A stretch of 64,000 nt of DNA, taken from positions 297,491 through 361,490 of IMG/VR virus record IMGVR_UViG_3300034073_005389; one strand, written 5' to 3'. Positions within the stretch are counted from its first letter, which is position 1, and every line of letters begins with the position of its first letter. Both the position numbers and the translations under genes were made by a program. A model generated the notes under the pieces. The model was not told the origin of the DNA. It searched no databases and saw only the letters and a list, made by a program, of their open reading frames with translations. Positions 9,771-20,873 of this stretch are shown here, piece by piece.

Positions 9771-10202
9771 TCATGGTCTACAGGCGTAGCAAGTATGCTT
9801 TCCGTCATTTGCGTCAGCAACTGCAAATTGATTATAGTTATTACATTTACGGCAAATAGCTCCGCTTTTATTTAAATTAATTTTAATCTGAGAAGAATTA
9901 GAAATTGACATTCCAATTGAATTAGGTTTACTAAGTTTTGTTGGGCAAATAATAAATCTCATTGTGTCTGAGAAATTCATCTCTAATACTGCTTGTTGAT
10001 AATTTCCTGTAGAAATTAAATTTTGAATATTATTTGATACAATAGGATCTAATTTTAAAAAATCTACTTCATTACAGTAGATGGCACAAGCTTGCTGATA
10101 TGCCTCTCTTTCAGAAGAATATATTGGGATAGGGGTAGATTCGTTTTTCCAAACAGAAAACCCCTCATCTTTATAACTGATCTTAATAAGATATTTATTC
10201 AT
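9771..10202 (-). CDS. Hypothetical protein with C-terminal CxxC-CxxC
   Basis: CRKC...CYAC. Confidence 0.6.
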   Translation of the reverse strand: MNKYLIKISYKDEGFSVWKNESTPIPIYSSEREAYQQACAIYCNEVDFLKLDPIVSNNIQNLISTGNYQQAVLEMNFSDTMRFIICPTKLSKPNSIGMSISNSSQIKINLNKSGAICRKCNNYNQFAVADANDGKHTCYACRP

Positions 10203-10358
10203 CTACTTTTCCTTTGGGGTAATACATATAACCTATGGCAGATAAATGTAAAATAATAAAAAAATAAAATAAATATTTTATATTATCATTGACAGTAAAA
10301 ACTACCATGGCGCATGTAATCAAATTCATAATTAGCGCTGGTAACAAGTTTTCATATT

Positions 10359-10730
10359 TCACTTAAAAACTTCCCATGTTCCATTAGAAAATAAATAAAA
10401 ATAATTCATAACAGAATCAGGAATTTTTTGTTTCATTTCAGAAACTGAAGAATAATTTATAGTTTCATAGATATCGTCTCCTTCTCTTCTATCTCTAGGA
10501 TAAGAGATTACCCAATTAGGAGTAGGACTATGGAAAGAGTGCGGCTCACCAATTTCATGGTTAAGCTCAGAAATTGGTCCTATTTTTATTAAATCTAACA
10601 CCTTATCTAATTTTAGATAAGATTTTTCTAAAATTGATAAGTGGTGCTTAGGATATCCATCCCAATGACAATAAATGCCTTCAATAGAATTGTCTAATTT
10701 AATATAGCCAATAAATGATCTGGTTGACAT
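10359..10730 (-). CDS. Conserved hypothetical phage protein
   Basis: MSTRS.IG...IYCHWDGYP motif. Confidence 0.75.
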   Translation of the reverse strand: MSTRSFIGYIKLDNSIEGIYCHWDGYPKHHLSILEKSYLKLDKVLDLIKIGPISELNHEIGEPHSFHSPTPNWVISYPRDRREGDDIYETINYSSVSEMKQKIPDSVMNYFYLFSNGTWEVFK

Positions 10731-10743
10731 AACTTTCCTTTAG

Positions 10744-10815
10744 AGCAGGCGACAAGACTTGAACTTGCAACATTTCGGATGGAAACCGAAGGCTCTGCCA
10801 TTGAGCTACGCCTGC
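10744..10815 (-). tRNA. tRNA-Gly(TCC)
   Basis: TTCGG-TT-TCC-AT-CCGAA; discriminator T. Confidence 0.9.
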
Positions 10816-10865
10816 AAATACTAAAAACAATATATCAAAACTATTAATAGTTGAATATAACTATT

Positions 10866-11354
10866 ATGAAATATAGTGTTCAAACAAGAATAAATTTTTT
10901 ACAAAAATTTGCTAATCAAAAAACATATTCAATTTATTCAGTAGAGCAATGGAAAAATATATTAAAAAGAGTAGCTGGAAATATTAACAACTCTTTTAAA
11001 GATAGCAAGACTCCTCCAGCTACTTTCTGGGAGAGAAACTATCTTACTGGAAAAGAAACACAATATTCTAATTGCATTATTAAATATGCTATTTTTGATA
11101 AAAATGAATTTCCGGCTATAGTTTTTATGTTTCCCAACCCAGACGTTTTTCGCTCTTGCTATTATAGGGCAGGTGATGGTCCTAAAAGAATGTCTTTAGC
11201 TAAGAAGCTGTTAGAAGAAGCTTTGCTTAAAGAAAATCCACCTATACCTGTTTCAGATTTTGAATATGACTTTAGTGGACAAATAAGTGAGGCAAAAGTG
11301 CCAATAAATTATGATATTCTTATTATCTGCCAACCTAAAGGCATTGGCAAATAA
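10866..11354 (+). CDS. Hypothetical protein (counter-oriented)
   Basis: ATG at 10866; N-terminus RINFLQKFA. Confidence 0.6.
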   Translation: MKYSVQTRINFLQKFANQKTYSIYSVEQWKNILKRVAGNINNSFKDSKTPPATFWERNYLTGKETQYSNCIIKYAIFDKNEFPAIVFMFPNPDVFRSCYYRAGDGPKRMSLAKKLLEEALLKENPPIPVSDFEYDFSGQISEAKVPINYDILIICQPKGIGK

Positions 11355-11361
11355 TTTGCTT

Positions 11362-12903
11362 TTATGCATAAAAACAAATTCTCGCCGCACCTTGCCGTCT
11401 AGCTTTTAGGATAATATCCTTAATATTTACCGGCACCGCACTTGTTAAGTAATTTTTGATATACCATTCTTCTGTTTCATCCGGGAACAGATGATGAATG
11501 AATTCATAAGTAGATTGATGAACAAAAGATGAATTAATTTCAAGCCAACGATCAAAACTATCAGTTACCATCCCACTGATATTTACTTCAGCCAACTTAG
11601 AAATATCAAAATTAATATCACTCATATTATTTTTTATTTCATCCTTCTGAACTTTGACACTCTTCAATTTCTTGATCAGCTTTATAATTTAGCCACTCTA
11701 ACCACTGATCTTCTAGATCATGTAGTGATACGAACTCTGTAAAGAGTTGAAGCATAGTATCTTCATTCCAACCAGTCTTTTCAGCAATATCGCTACCAGA
11801 AATATAATCAGGAATCATAGAAATATAATCCATAGTCTACAAAAATAAAAATTTAAAATAAAATTGGGGCATAGAGTTTCTATGCCCCAACCTTTTTTCA
11901 CATATGTCGTAAGTGCTCGGACCTCTGAGTCTCTGACATATTATTCCACTCGCACAACCCTTCATAAGTTGCATTTACTTCACGAACAATCTCCCAACCA
12001 TGAGAGACTTCAACCTCTTCTACTTGACCAATATCCTCATTAAAGATTTTGGCAGTATAAACTCTATCTCTCTTTTGCACAACAATCTTATGTACTTTTT
12101 CTCCAGGCTTACTTAGCCTGCCGCTAATTTGACAAACAAACATTTCAATCATCCTCCTCGTCTCGACGACGACGTTTAGATGGCAATTCAACTCCACTAA
12201 CAAAGTTATGTCTCTCTAAATCATCTCCATAAACAACGTAACTATCATCACCAAACTCTACCACGAAAGCATCTGCGTTCTGCACACGAGAAATAATTTC
12301 TCCAACTTTATTTAAAAGTTGAGACCTTCCAACATGCTTTACTCTATCACCAGGCATAAAATAATACTTATTAAACATAAATCTCCTACTTAAATACTGC
12401 CAGTTTTTCAAACTTAACTTTTTTAAAGCTCAATCCATTTAGCAACCATTGTGAACCAACTTCTACTCTAATAGATGATGGTACGTAAATCGGCTTACCC
12501 CAAGCTCTTTTATAAGCATTGGGGTGCCTAATAATGTCCCCTGATTTATTTGTATGATAGTAACTTTTACCTCGCAATTTAGGAGGTGAATCACCATCAA
12601 CAACTACAATTCGGCAATTATTTCTAGCACCGGCTACTTCTCTTATCCATTTCTTCAATAGTCGAGAAACATCTGTCTTTGCGCTTATTTTTTGCATAAA
12701 AATTTTTATTAGAACTTGATCTTTGTTTTAGATGCAGTTTGGTTATACAAACCCTTCTTCATATCAAACCAAGTAGTTGCCATGATATCTCCAGCATCTA
12801 CTAGCTTACGAGCAAATTGCTTTAGTGAAAGTCCCTTACCTTCTTTACGCCATCGTAGTTTAAGCTGCTGACCTGTTGTAAATTGCTCTGTTGCATTACT
12901 CAT
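11362..12903 (-). other. Run of six small hypothetical genes (11362-11667, 11639-11833, 11898-12203, 12145-12411, 12386-12697, 12709-12903)
   Basis: Abutting or overlapping co-directional ORFs. Confidence 0.55.
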
Positions 12904-13007
12904 ATTAACTTACTCCTTTTTATACTGATAAAATTATAAGAGCACCACGCCCTTATAAGAGTCTATTTTTTATAAATTACCTGTCAACCAGTCAGAAATT
13001 TTAAAAA

Positions 13008-13757
13008 TTAACTAACAATAAGTTGCTCAATAATTTGAATTGTAAATTCTGGACCAGAAGTCTGAATACACTCCACACCAGTAGAAGTAACCGGATAATC
13101 ATTTCCTCCAGGAAATAAAGCATCTCCCACAAATAACATATCTTCTACAGATAGATGTAGATATCTATCTAATTGTTGAATTCCAAATGCTTTATCAATA
13201 CCCTTCTTAGTTACATCAATAGATGTTGATCCACCAGTTTTAATATCAAACTCTGGTAAAAGTTCAGATATTTCTTTAATCAACACTAGTCTCTTTGAGA
13301 AATTTGGATCCCAACTCTTTTTTATTTCTACTGGTGCTTGTTGACCTAATGCAGAAAAAGTTACCTGAGAACCTCTGTTCTCTAACTTATCTCCCCAAGA
13401 TTCAGCGGGCAACACTACCTTAGTAGTGGAGAATACTTTTTCAAAAGCAGAGTATATTTTAGTAATTTCTTCTAAAGAAAAATTATCAGAATATAATTGC
13501 TCCCATAAATTACCAGTGGGATTACTATAAAAACTAGTTCCAGAAGTTGGAAGTAAAAATAATTTTTTATTTTCTTCATTTGAAGAATTTAAATTAGCTA
13601 GCAGCTGCGTTTGAAACTGATTCCAATTGCCGCCAGAAATAATAGCTACACTAAATTTTTGTAACAGCTTTTTTAAGCTGCTAGCCATAGATGTGCTAAT
13701 AGCTGATTTGCTTTCAGCCAATGTTCCATCTAAATCAAAAATAATTAACTTTTTCAT
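13008..13757 (-). CDS. HAD-IIB hydrolase, phosphomannomutase-like
   Basis: FDLDGTL, IISGG, ENRGSQVTFSALGQ, GDALFPGGND. Confidence 0.88.
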   Translation of the reverse strand: MKKLIIFDLDGTLAESKSAISTSMASSLKKLLQKFSVAIISGGNWNQFQTQLLANLNSSNEENKKLFLLPTSGTSFYSNPTGNLWEQLYSDNFSLEEITKIYSAFEKVFSTTKVVLPAESWGDKLENRGSQVTFSALGQQAPVEIKKSWDPNFSKRLVLIKEISELLPEFDIKTGGSTSIDVTKKGIDKAFGIQQLDRYLHLSVEDMLFVGDALFPGGNDYPVTSTGVECIQTSGPEFTIQIIEQLIVS

Positions 13758-14149
13758 TTACTTAAAAGCCAAGAAGATGACTGTACTTTTTCTCCTAAAC
13801 CATCTACTATAGATATTCCTAATTGTTTGCAAATTTTAGACTCAGGAATCTCTGACGAAAAACGATCTCCGCCCTTTGCAAAAATATTAGGCTTAATCGC
13901 AGCCAGACTTTCACAAACTGAAGTGTCTTGATCAATAGATAAAAATACTTCATCTACACATTTTAGAGCAGAAACAATAAACATTCTTTCCTGCTCATCC
14001 ATAAATTCTTTAGAATTTTTTAAAGCACGCTGCTTGTCATTATTAATGATAACAATTAAATAATCTCCAAGAGATTTTGCTTTTTGTAAATATTCTACAT
14101 GACCTTTATGTAATGGATTAAAATATCCGCTGGCTGCAACTTTTATCAT
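13754..14149 (-). CDS. Cytidylyl/adenylyltransferase family protein (TagD/RfaE-like)
   Basis: SGYFNPLHKGH (HxGH), KGGDR, SSS; start at MIKV. Confidence 0.88.
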   Translation of the reverse strand: MIKVAASGYFNPLHKGHVEYLQKAKSLGDYLIVIINNDKQRALKNSKEFMDEQERMFIVSALKCVDEVFLSIDQDTSVCESLAAIKPNIFAKGGDRFSSEIPESKICKQLGISIVDGLGEKVQSSSWLLSK

Positions 14150-14325
14150 AAACTTACCGCTCCCATGCGGTGCTATATAACATCTTAAGCATTTCTGGAG
14201 TAATAGGTCCGATAGTTGTAGGAGGTCCATTATGTGATGATGGAATCACAATAATATTGTAAGAATCAGTAGATGGATCGTACCTTAGAATTTTGTTAGG
14301 ACTAATTCTTGTAGAAGTAGTCCCG

Positions 14326-14586
14326 TTAATCTCTTTCCTGATCTCCATCTTCTTTGCTTTCATCAAATTTATCAAGTTCTACAGCTAACCAACCTTCTGC
14401 ATTTTCTAATGCTTCGTGAATGGTAGCGCATCCTTTAGTCTGTGGTAAAGATGTATCTCCTTCTACACATCCTACTAGCCACCATTTATTGGTAAAAAGA
14501 TCCTTGACCAAGGACACTTTGTGTGTTGGAGTAACACAAAGAGCCTTGGCTAAGGCAACAATTCTATTGTGAAGAGAATTTGTCAT
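14326..14586 (-). CDS. Hypothetical protein
   Basis: ATGA overlap with helicase stop. Confidence 0.55.
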   Translation of the reverse strand: MTNSLHNRIVALAKALCVTPTHKVSLVKDLFTNKWWLVGCVEGDTSLPQTKGCATIHEALENAEGWLAVELDKFDESKEDGDQERD

Positions 14587-16040
14587 TTACCACTCACCAA
14601 GAACAATTCTCTACGAGCCCTTGTATAAGCTACATAAGCCAAATTATTCTCTTCAATTCCTTTACCAACTTTGTAAGTATCTTTCAACATAAAGACTCGA
14701 TCTCTTTCTAGCCCCTTTGCCTTATGAGTAGAAGAAAGAATGACACGATCTTTATCGTCTCCATCCTTAAACAAGTGATTGATATTATCTTTCACTTCAT
14801 CCAAGGTCTTAGCTCCGTCACAAAGAACTCGCAAACATTCTGCCTTGTCAGAAACAATAGAAGAATCTCTACGAATATTTGCCAATCGAGCAACTTCCGT
14901 ATCTTCGTATTCTTCTAGCCAAGAAAGAAATCCAGCAACAGTCTTACTACTTGACTTTTTAATCAAAGAAGAAAGCTGCTGACCCATATCCCGACCTTGA
15001 ATATTAGCAGGAACTCTAGCCTTAAGCAAAGCCAAACACCACTTAATCAGTGGTGCATTAACTCTACTCAAAATAAAATCTCCAGGCTTAACCAAATTTT
15101 CCATCTGATTGACTGGAATCTCAGTTACTGAACCCTCTTCTGCATTAGGGGCAGCTTCAATTTCTGGAACCAGAGTTTGTGCTAGCTCTACAATGTTCTT
15201 AGCACAACGATATGTTACACTAAGAGGCATACGCTTGGAGCCAAGACGTTCTACAATATTGTCAATAGCGTTACTATCTGCTCCCCTGAATGAGTAGATT
15301 GCCTGATTTTTGTCACCAACGGAAATAATACGACCATTATCAGAAACTGAATTAAGCGCCAAATTAATTTGTGCGCTATTCAAATCCTGAGCTTCGTCAA
15401 TAAATACCATTCCGTATTTATCAAGTCTAAGATTCAAAACATTAGGAAGCCAAATCATATCATCAAAATCAACACGACTTGTATCTTTCTTAGTTGCTTC
15501 CATTACCTTGAGAACAGTAGTGGTAAATTGTTCACGAGTATCAGAACAAATATCTACCTGATGACGATCAATAATCTCATCAATTTGTTCAGTAGTATTA
15601 GCCAAATATCCCTTAGCCAAAGAGATTGCCTTAGCAAGATTAGTTCGCAGCTCGTAGTTATCTTCATCGCCACGATCTGCTTTAATATAAGCATCTAGCT
15701 TTTTGCTATCAGGTTGACTAAGCTTAGGAAATGCCCTGCGACAAGCAGCATATCCCAAACCATGCAAAGTCTTTACACTAACTTCAGAAGGCGCACGAGA
15801 TTCCAATTCAGTTTGAATAGACTTATTGAAAGCGCACATAAGGCTATTTTTGTTCTTAGGAACATGATAAAAACCTTCTACAATAGTAGAAGTTTTTCCA
15901 GTTCCTGCAAGAGCATCTACTTGAGTATTTCCATTTCCCTTGGCAATATCAGAAAAAATATCTTGCTGATATACAGACCAATTACGAGTTACTCGATTTT
16001 GCTTAATCGTCTGAGGATTATTAAAACGACGATAAGTCAT
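14583..16040 (-). CDS. UvrD/Rep-like superfamily 1 helicase
   Basis: ALAGTGKT, IDEAQD, GDKNQAIYSFRGA, HKAKGLE, YVAYTRAR. Confidence 0.93.
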   Translation of the reverse strand: MTYRRFNNPQTIKQNRVTRNWSVYQQDIFSDIAKGNGNTQVDALAGTGKTSTIVEGFYHVPKNKNSLMCAFNKSIQTELESRAPSEVSVKTLHGLGYAACRRAFPKLSQPDSKKLDAYIKADRGDEDNYELRTNLAKAISLAKGYLANTTEQIDEIIDRHQVDICSDTREQFTTTVLKVMEATKKDTSRVDFDDMIWLPNVLNLRLDKYGMVFIDEAQDLNSAQINLALNSVSDNGRIISVGDKNQAIYSFRGADSNAIDNIVERLGSKRMPLSVTYRCAKNIVELAQTLVPEIEAAPNAEEGSVTEIPVNQMENLVKPGDFILSRVNAPLIKWCLALLKARVPANIQGRDMGQQLSSLIKKSSSKTVAGFLSWLEEYEDTEVARLANIRRDSSIVSDKAECLRVLCDGAKTLDEVKDNINHLFKDGDDKDRVILSSTHKAKGLERDRVFMLKDTYKVGKGIEENNLAYVAYTRARRELFLVSGK

Positions 16041-16400
16041 ATAATTTTATCTTTATGTAAAAGATTACAGGTTGTTATTAAAGCTTACGGCGACTTCAAA
16101 AAAGATTTCAGGGATATTATCCTTGTCATATGCATCCATCATATGGCAAGTTTCTTCTGCCAATCCAGTATAATTAACTTCATTGGTAAAGGGATCAATG
16201 TGATTTCGAATCAAAGTACGCATCATCTTCTTAATCTGAATCTTGTTCGGCTTCATTTTGTTCTTTCTTGATTTCTTTATAGGGACAGTGTTTACAGTTA
16301 GAATTACAACAAAATCCGCGAGATAAAAGAAACTCGCGAGTAAAAATCATCCTATGATTTTCCCAATAATAATCAATACCTTCAACTAATTTCATATTTG

Positions 16401-16471
16401 CGCCTCACCCCCGAGTCGAACGGGGTAAACTGAGATTAGAAGGCTCTGTTGGGTAATCCGACCCGTGAGGC
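16401..16471 (-). tRNA. Atypical tRNA-Arg(TCT)-like gene
   Basis: Acceptor GCCTCAC/GTGAGGC and T arm perfect; no 8-9 linker; extended imperfect anticodon stem; loop CTTCTAA. Confidence 0.6.
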
Positions 16472-16649
16472 AAATAAATTGTTTTTTTATCGTCCCCCTA
16501 CTATAAACCATCAAGGCTGACCGATGGGAAAGCCTTTCTAATCTAGAAAAGAGAATAGAAGAGTTAATAAAAAAACAAAACTAACCCATAAAAAATATAT
16601 AGTTATATGTTCTTTTTTATATTTCCTGTAAATCATCCAGCATAATATA

Positions 16650-17786
16650 TCAGAACATATATCTAATATTACTATAAGGAGTATATCTGCTAATAATATC
16701 TTTCATTGTATTTTTTAAGTTTGATTTATCAGATTGAGAGTAGCTCAATACATTTGGCTTATTCCATTTAGGAACTAACTTTAGTGGACCATTAACCATT
16801 AAATTATGTGCCTTTGGTACACACTGAGAAATTGGCTCAAACATCTTCTCACTGTGAGTAAGAAAAATAATTTCATACGCCATTTGCTTTTTAGCCTTAT
16901 CTGATAAGGTGTCGTTAACTAGCGACAATAATTCACTATATTCATTTTTAAAATGATTTGTAATCACAATGGGGCTAAGATTAATATGCACCTCAAACCC
17001 AGCATCTACCAATTTATTGGCGGCATGAAGTCGATCAATAATCTTACTAGTATTTTGTTCTAGTATTTGTCGGTGATGCTCTGGCATTAATGACAATCTA
17101 ATTCTATGTTTATCAGGAAATTTGCAACCCTCAATAAAAACATCAATTTTAGATGATTTAGTAGCGAAACTAGTCATCACATGATGAGTATTATCAGCTA
17201 CCAAATTCATTACTTCTACCATATGACCGTGGTAGCTAGAATGCATAGTGGTACTATTACTAGTAACTACATCGCTATCACAACCTAAATCAATGGTAAC
17301 CATTTTATTATGGTGTTGATTTCTTTCTCGCTCGAATCTCTTCTTAGTTTCTTTAAAGAACTTTTCTTCACAAACTTCTTGATTTTGATCAATATAGATT
17401 GATAAATCTACCAATTTAAAAAGATCGTTATAAATCTTCAAGAAATTATTAGGATAATTTCTTTCTGTATAGCAGTAGCTACATCCAAATTTATAACAAC
17501 CTTGTTCCATCATTTGAGAAGGAAGAAAGTCTGTAGACCTACCATTACAATCTAAACTCCATTTAGCTTCTCTTTTTAAGAGTCCAACAAATCGTTTCTT
17601 TTGTAAGAAACGATCTTTAGGATGCAAGGAAATTAAATTGTAATTAGGATTGGTTAGCTCTGTATTCTTCTTGATAATAACTACTTGGCTAGTTGGATTA
17701 GCTGTCTTTAGATTTTGTGCTAAAGGAGAATTAATACAATCTTTATGCAAGAATAAAGTATTTTTCATTTTATTGTCTGTATTCAA
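16650..17786 (-). CDS. Spore photoproduct lyase-like radical SAM protein
   Basis: GCYKFGCSYCY, FATK, RIRLSLMP, GFEVHINLSPI. Confidence 0.75.
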   Translation of the reverse strand: MNTDNKMKNTLFLHKDCINSPLAQNLKTANPTSQVVIIKKNTELTNPNYNLISLHPKDRFLQKKRFVGLLKREAKWSLDCNGRSTDFLPSQMMEQGCYKFGCSYCYTERNYPNNFLKIYNDLFKLVDLSIYIDQNQEVCEEKFFKETKKRFERERNQHHNKMVTIDLGCDSDVVTSNSTTMHSSYHGHMVEVMNLVADNTHHVMTSFATKSSKIDVFIEGCKFPDKHRIRLSLMPEHHRQILEQNTSKIIDRLHAANKLVDAGFEVHINLSPIVITNHFKNEYSELLSLVNDTLSDKAKKQMAYEIIFLTHSEKMFEPISQCVPKAHNLMVNGPLKLVPKWNKPNVLSYSQSDKSNLKNTMKDIISRYTPYSNIRYMF

Positions 17787-18180
17787 AATCGTGCCTAGCC
17801 TCTTCTAAAGAAGAAAAATACCTGCCCAAATAAAAAGAATAATGATGCAATTCATCATTCTCTACTTTAAGATTTTCATAATGAGTTGAATATGGAGCCT
17901 TTGAATCTGGTAGATATCTTAGTACAATTCTATGAGGAAACTCTCCTGGTCTCATACGAAAAGACTTTGAATCAATAATAGATGACTCATCAACTATTTT
18001 CAATCATCATCTCCTAAAGAAAAAACAGATAAGAACTCCCACTCATTATTAGGAATTCCAATCCAATTAACTTCATTATTTTTAATTTTTTGAGCAGCAA
18101 TAAGAATTGCATCTCTTTGATGCGATGCATCAAGCACAATTCTTGCTTCTGCATCACCAGAAACAATATTTACTTCGTAC

Positions 18181-18543
18181 TTATTTTGTTTCATTTTCTC
18201 TACCAAAATCATCTTGAATACGAACTACATCATCTAATTCAGGCGTAGAAACTTCAATTACTTCTGTATCTTCAATTCCAGACATACGATGTACCATATT
18301 TGTTTTAATATGGTATGCGTCTCCTGGTAGCAATACAATTTGTTGTAATTGATTCTTATCTGAACCAATTTCTAATAAAAGTTTTCCAGATTTTACTAAA
18401 ATTGTCTCGTCTTTCTTTTCGTGGTACTGAAGCGATAGTCGCTTTCCAGCTTCCACAAAAAGAATTTTGCCCACATATTTATTGGTTTCTGCCCAAATTT
18501 TTTCATGCCCCCAAGGCTTGGGGATATATTTAATATTGTTCAT
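18181..18543 (-). CDS. Cupin domain protein (type II mannose-6-phosphate isomerase-like)
   Basis: KPWG, RLSLQYH..K.E, HR, DVVRIQDDFGR. Confidence 0.85.
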   Translation of the reverse strand: MNNIKYIPKPWGHEKIWAETNKYVGKILFVEAGKRLSLQYHEKKDETILVKSGKLLLEIGSDKNQLQQIVLLPGDAYHIKTNMVHRMSGIEDTEVIEVSTPELDDVVRIQDDFGRENETK

Positions 18544-18552
18544 TCACTCTCC

Positions 18553-18900
18553 TTAAGAGTGAATATAACCATCCTGCTCAATACCGAACGTAATATTATT
18601 CCATCGAAAAGTCCAGTAATCTCCCAAAGTATGGTAAATCATATTACCAAAAATAGACTTATCTGTAATATTATGAAATTCTGAAAACTTATTAATAGCT
18701 TCATTAATTTGAGGCAGGGGCTTCATTTTCCAATGCTCAAGCATTAGCAGCTCGCTAAAATGCTCTTTACAAATAGGAATAGGTTGACAACCAACCTCTC
18801 CAAAACTCTTTGGATCATAACATACAGCCATTCCAACTGCTTCATTATTATCAGGAGTAGGATTGCCATGGTTATCAACCCATTGAATACAACACTTCAT
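18553..18900 (-). CDS. Hypothetical protein
   Basis: 115-aa ORF in operon context. Confidence 0.55.
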   Translation of the reverse strand: MKCCIQWVDNHGNPTPDNNEAVGMAVCYDPKSFGEVGCQPIPICKEHFSELLMLEHWKMKPLPQINEAINKFSEFHNITDKSIFGNMIYHTLGDYWTFRWNNITFGIEQDGYIHS

Positions 18901-18902
18901 AA

Positions 18903-19466
18903 TTATCTCCTACAATAAATTTGAACTGAATCGTTAATGCCATTCCAACGAGGAATAAATATCTCTTTTACAAGAGAATAGTGCTGCTCTACATAGTCAA
19001 ACATCTTATCATTACCGGTACAACCATACTTACTTTCTCCAATCAGAATAAGATTCTTACCCTGATGAGCGGTAATATGATCATATCCCATATCTGTGTT
19101 ATATGGTGCCCAACACAACATTAAAGTTTTATCATGATGATTTTTCATGATTTCTGCATCACCAAGATGCACTCTATGATATTGAGCTTTATGCTGATAA
19201 ATATTATGAGTTTCTCCAGGAGGAGCGATATCATAACAAATAATATCTCCTCCAGCCTGGTGAATTAAACTAGCCCAATATCCAGTACCGGCTCCGCCTT
19301 CTACAATTGGGCTATACTTAACAATTTCTTTGATTGCTTCTTCGTTAGGAATTGCCCAACTATATTTAGTAGTAAGCTCTGTCCTTGCAGGATTAAATAA
19401 TCCTACATTTAGACGACGGCACCTTGCAATTTCTTTACTAGCTAATTCAAGGTACGGATTATACAT
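18903..19466 (-). CDS. SAM-dependent methyltransferase-like protein
   Basis: YSWAIP, VEGGAGTGYW glycine loop, LMLCW.P. Confidence 0.7.
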   Translation of the reverse strand: MYNPYLELASKEIARCRRLNVGLFNPARTELTTKYSWAIPNEEAIKEIVKYSPIVEGGAGTGYWASLIHQAGGDIICYDIAPPGETHNIYQHKAQYHRVHLGDAEIMKNHHDKTLMLCWAPYNTDMGYDHITAHQGKNLILIGESKYGCTGNDKMFDYVEQHYSLVKEIFIPRWNGINDSVQIYCRR

Positions 19467-19470
19467 ATAA

Positions 19471-20010
19471 TCACTCTGTAGGAATAATTTCCAGTCGCTC
19501 TACAGTAATCTTTTCTACTTGATTTGGCGTAATCTTAAATTGTCTAAAAGAATTAATTGGTGTCATTTTTCGGAGCTTATCCTTAGCAAGCGATAGAGGC
19601 GACTTATTGGTTTTCTTATACTTACCAGGAGCAAGTGTCTTTTTACTTACTACTGCTCCATAAAGATGAAGAGTGTCTGTTTTCTTATGAAGCTTTACAC
19701 CTTTGATTAGGGAGCCGTCAGCATCATAAAAATGATGATATGAATTTTCATCCAGAAAGGATGCCATCCTTGTAAGAGACGATTGATATCCATCAATAAG
19801 TTCAGACTTAGCTTGAAACTCTAGATCATTTAGAGGCTTATAACTTTGAAGTGCAGTAATTGATCGCTCCAAAGCAGATTGATAACTAATATGAAAAACA
19901 ATATTATAATCAGCAACTTCTCCAGCTAGATTGCGATAATGATGAAGCTGAAGAAAAGTAGCAGAAGGACGAATAGTAGCTAGAGTTCCAACAATATCAA
20001 ACTTGTTCAT
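19471..20010 (-). CDS. Hypothetical protein
   Basis: 179 aa, RBS, downstream of motif copy 20071. Confidence 0.65.
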   Translation of the reverse strand: MNKFDIVGTLATIRPSATFLQLHHYRNLAGEVADYNIVFHISYQSALERSITALQSYKPLNDLEFQAKSELIDGYQSSLTRMASFLDENSYHHFYDADGSLIKGVKLHKKTDTLHLYGAVVSKKTLAPGKYKKTNKSPLSLAKDKLRKMTPINSFRQFKITPNQVEKITVERLEIIPTE

Positions 20011-20206
20011 AAGTTTCCTTTTATTTAAAAATATTCGGTGAGATATGCACCCTTACTGTTAATCCTGCAAGATGACCGATGGGCACGTAGAATTATTTAT
20101 AAAAATTAAAAAAAAGTTAATAAAAATAGCAATATGCTTATATATTAATTGCTACCGTCACAATTTCTTTCTTTTAGAAAGAAAGAACAAAGAAGGCATA
20201 AATTTT

Positions 20207-20821
20207 ATGAAAAAAATATCTGCTCAACAAAAAATTAAAATTTTAGATAAGTTTGCCAAACACTTAGGGCATTTTACCAGCAAATTTGCTGCTGGACCTA
20301 ATGATATGTATGTCACAGATGCTTCTATGGAAGTAGCTAAAGTTTTAGAAAAACTAGTAAATGAAGATCAATACAAGGCTGTCAGATATGTAAAATCTCA
20401 GTTTCCTGGAGTAGATTTGGCGGAAGAACCAATGCCAGATACTTATGGCGGTATTAGTGCCAAGGCTGCTGGCGTAGGAATGATGAAAGCACTAAAGAAA
20501 ATAAGAAACTCTATACCTGCATTTAGTATGCCTTTTGAAAATGTTCAAAAATTTAGATCTAAATTAGAAGAAACTCTTTTAGATATTTCACAATTTGAAC
20601 TAAACTTTCCTACATCTTTTGAGGATATAGAAAAAGTAAAAGCTTATACTGATAGATTAAAAGAAATTAAAAATAAAAATATTACAATAGATCCTTATGC
20701 TTCAGATACTGAGCTTGATACTGAGCTTAAAAAGATCGAAGAAAGATCTAAAGAAATGGGTGATGTTTTACGATCACCTGGTTTTGGTAGCGCAACAGAA
20801 ACTGTCTTATCTAGAAGATGA
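20207..20821 (+). CDS. Hypothetical protein (counter-oriented)
   Basis: Probable start MKKISAQQKIKILDKFA after GAAGG. Confidence 0.6.
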   Translation: MKKISAQQKIKILDKFAKHLGHFTSKFAAGPNDMYVTDASMEVAKVLEKLVNEDQYKAVRYVKSQFPGVDLAEEPMPDTYGGISAKAAGVGMMKALKKIRNSIPAFSMPFENVQKFRSKLEETLLDISQFELNFPTSFEDIEKVKAYTDRLKEIKNKNITIDPYASDTELDTELKKIEERSKEMGDVLRSPGFGSATETVLSRR

Positions 20822-20847
20822 TAGATATTTAACAATCAAAAAATTAT

Positions 20848-20873
20848 TAAAACCGGCATCATGCCGGTTTTTA
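20848..20873. terminator. Bidirectional intrinsic terminator
   Basis: AAAAACCGGCAT-C-ATGCCGGTTTTT between convergent genes. Confidence 0.65.
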
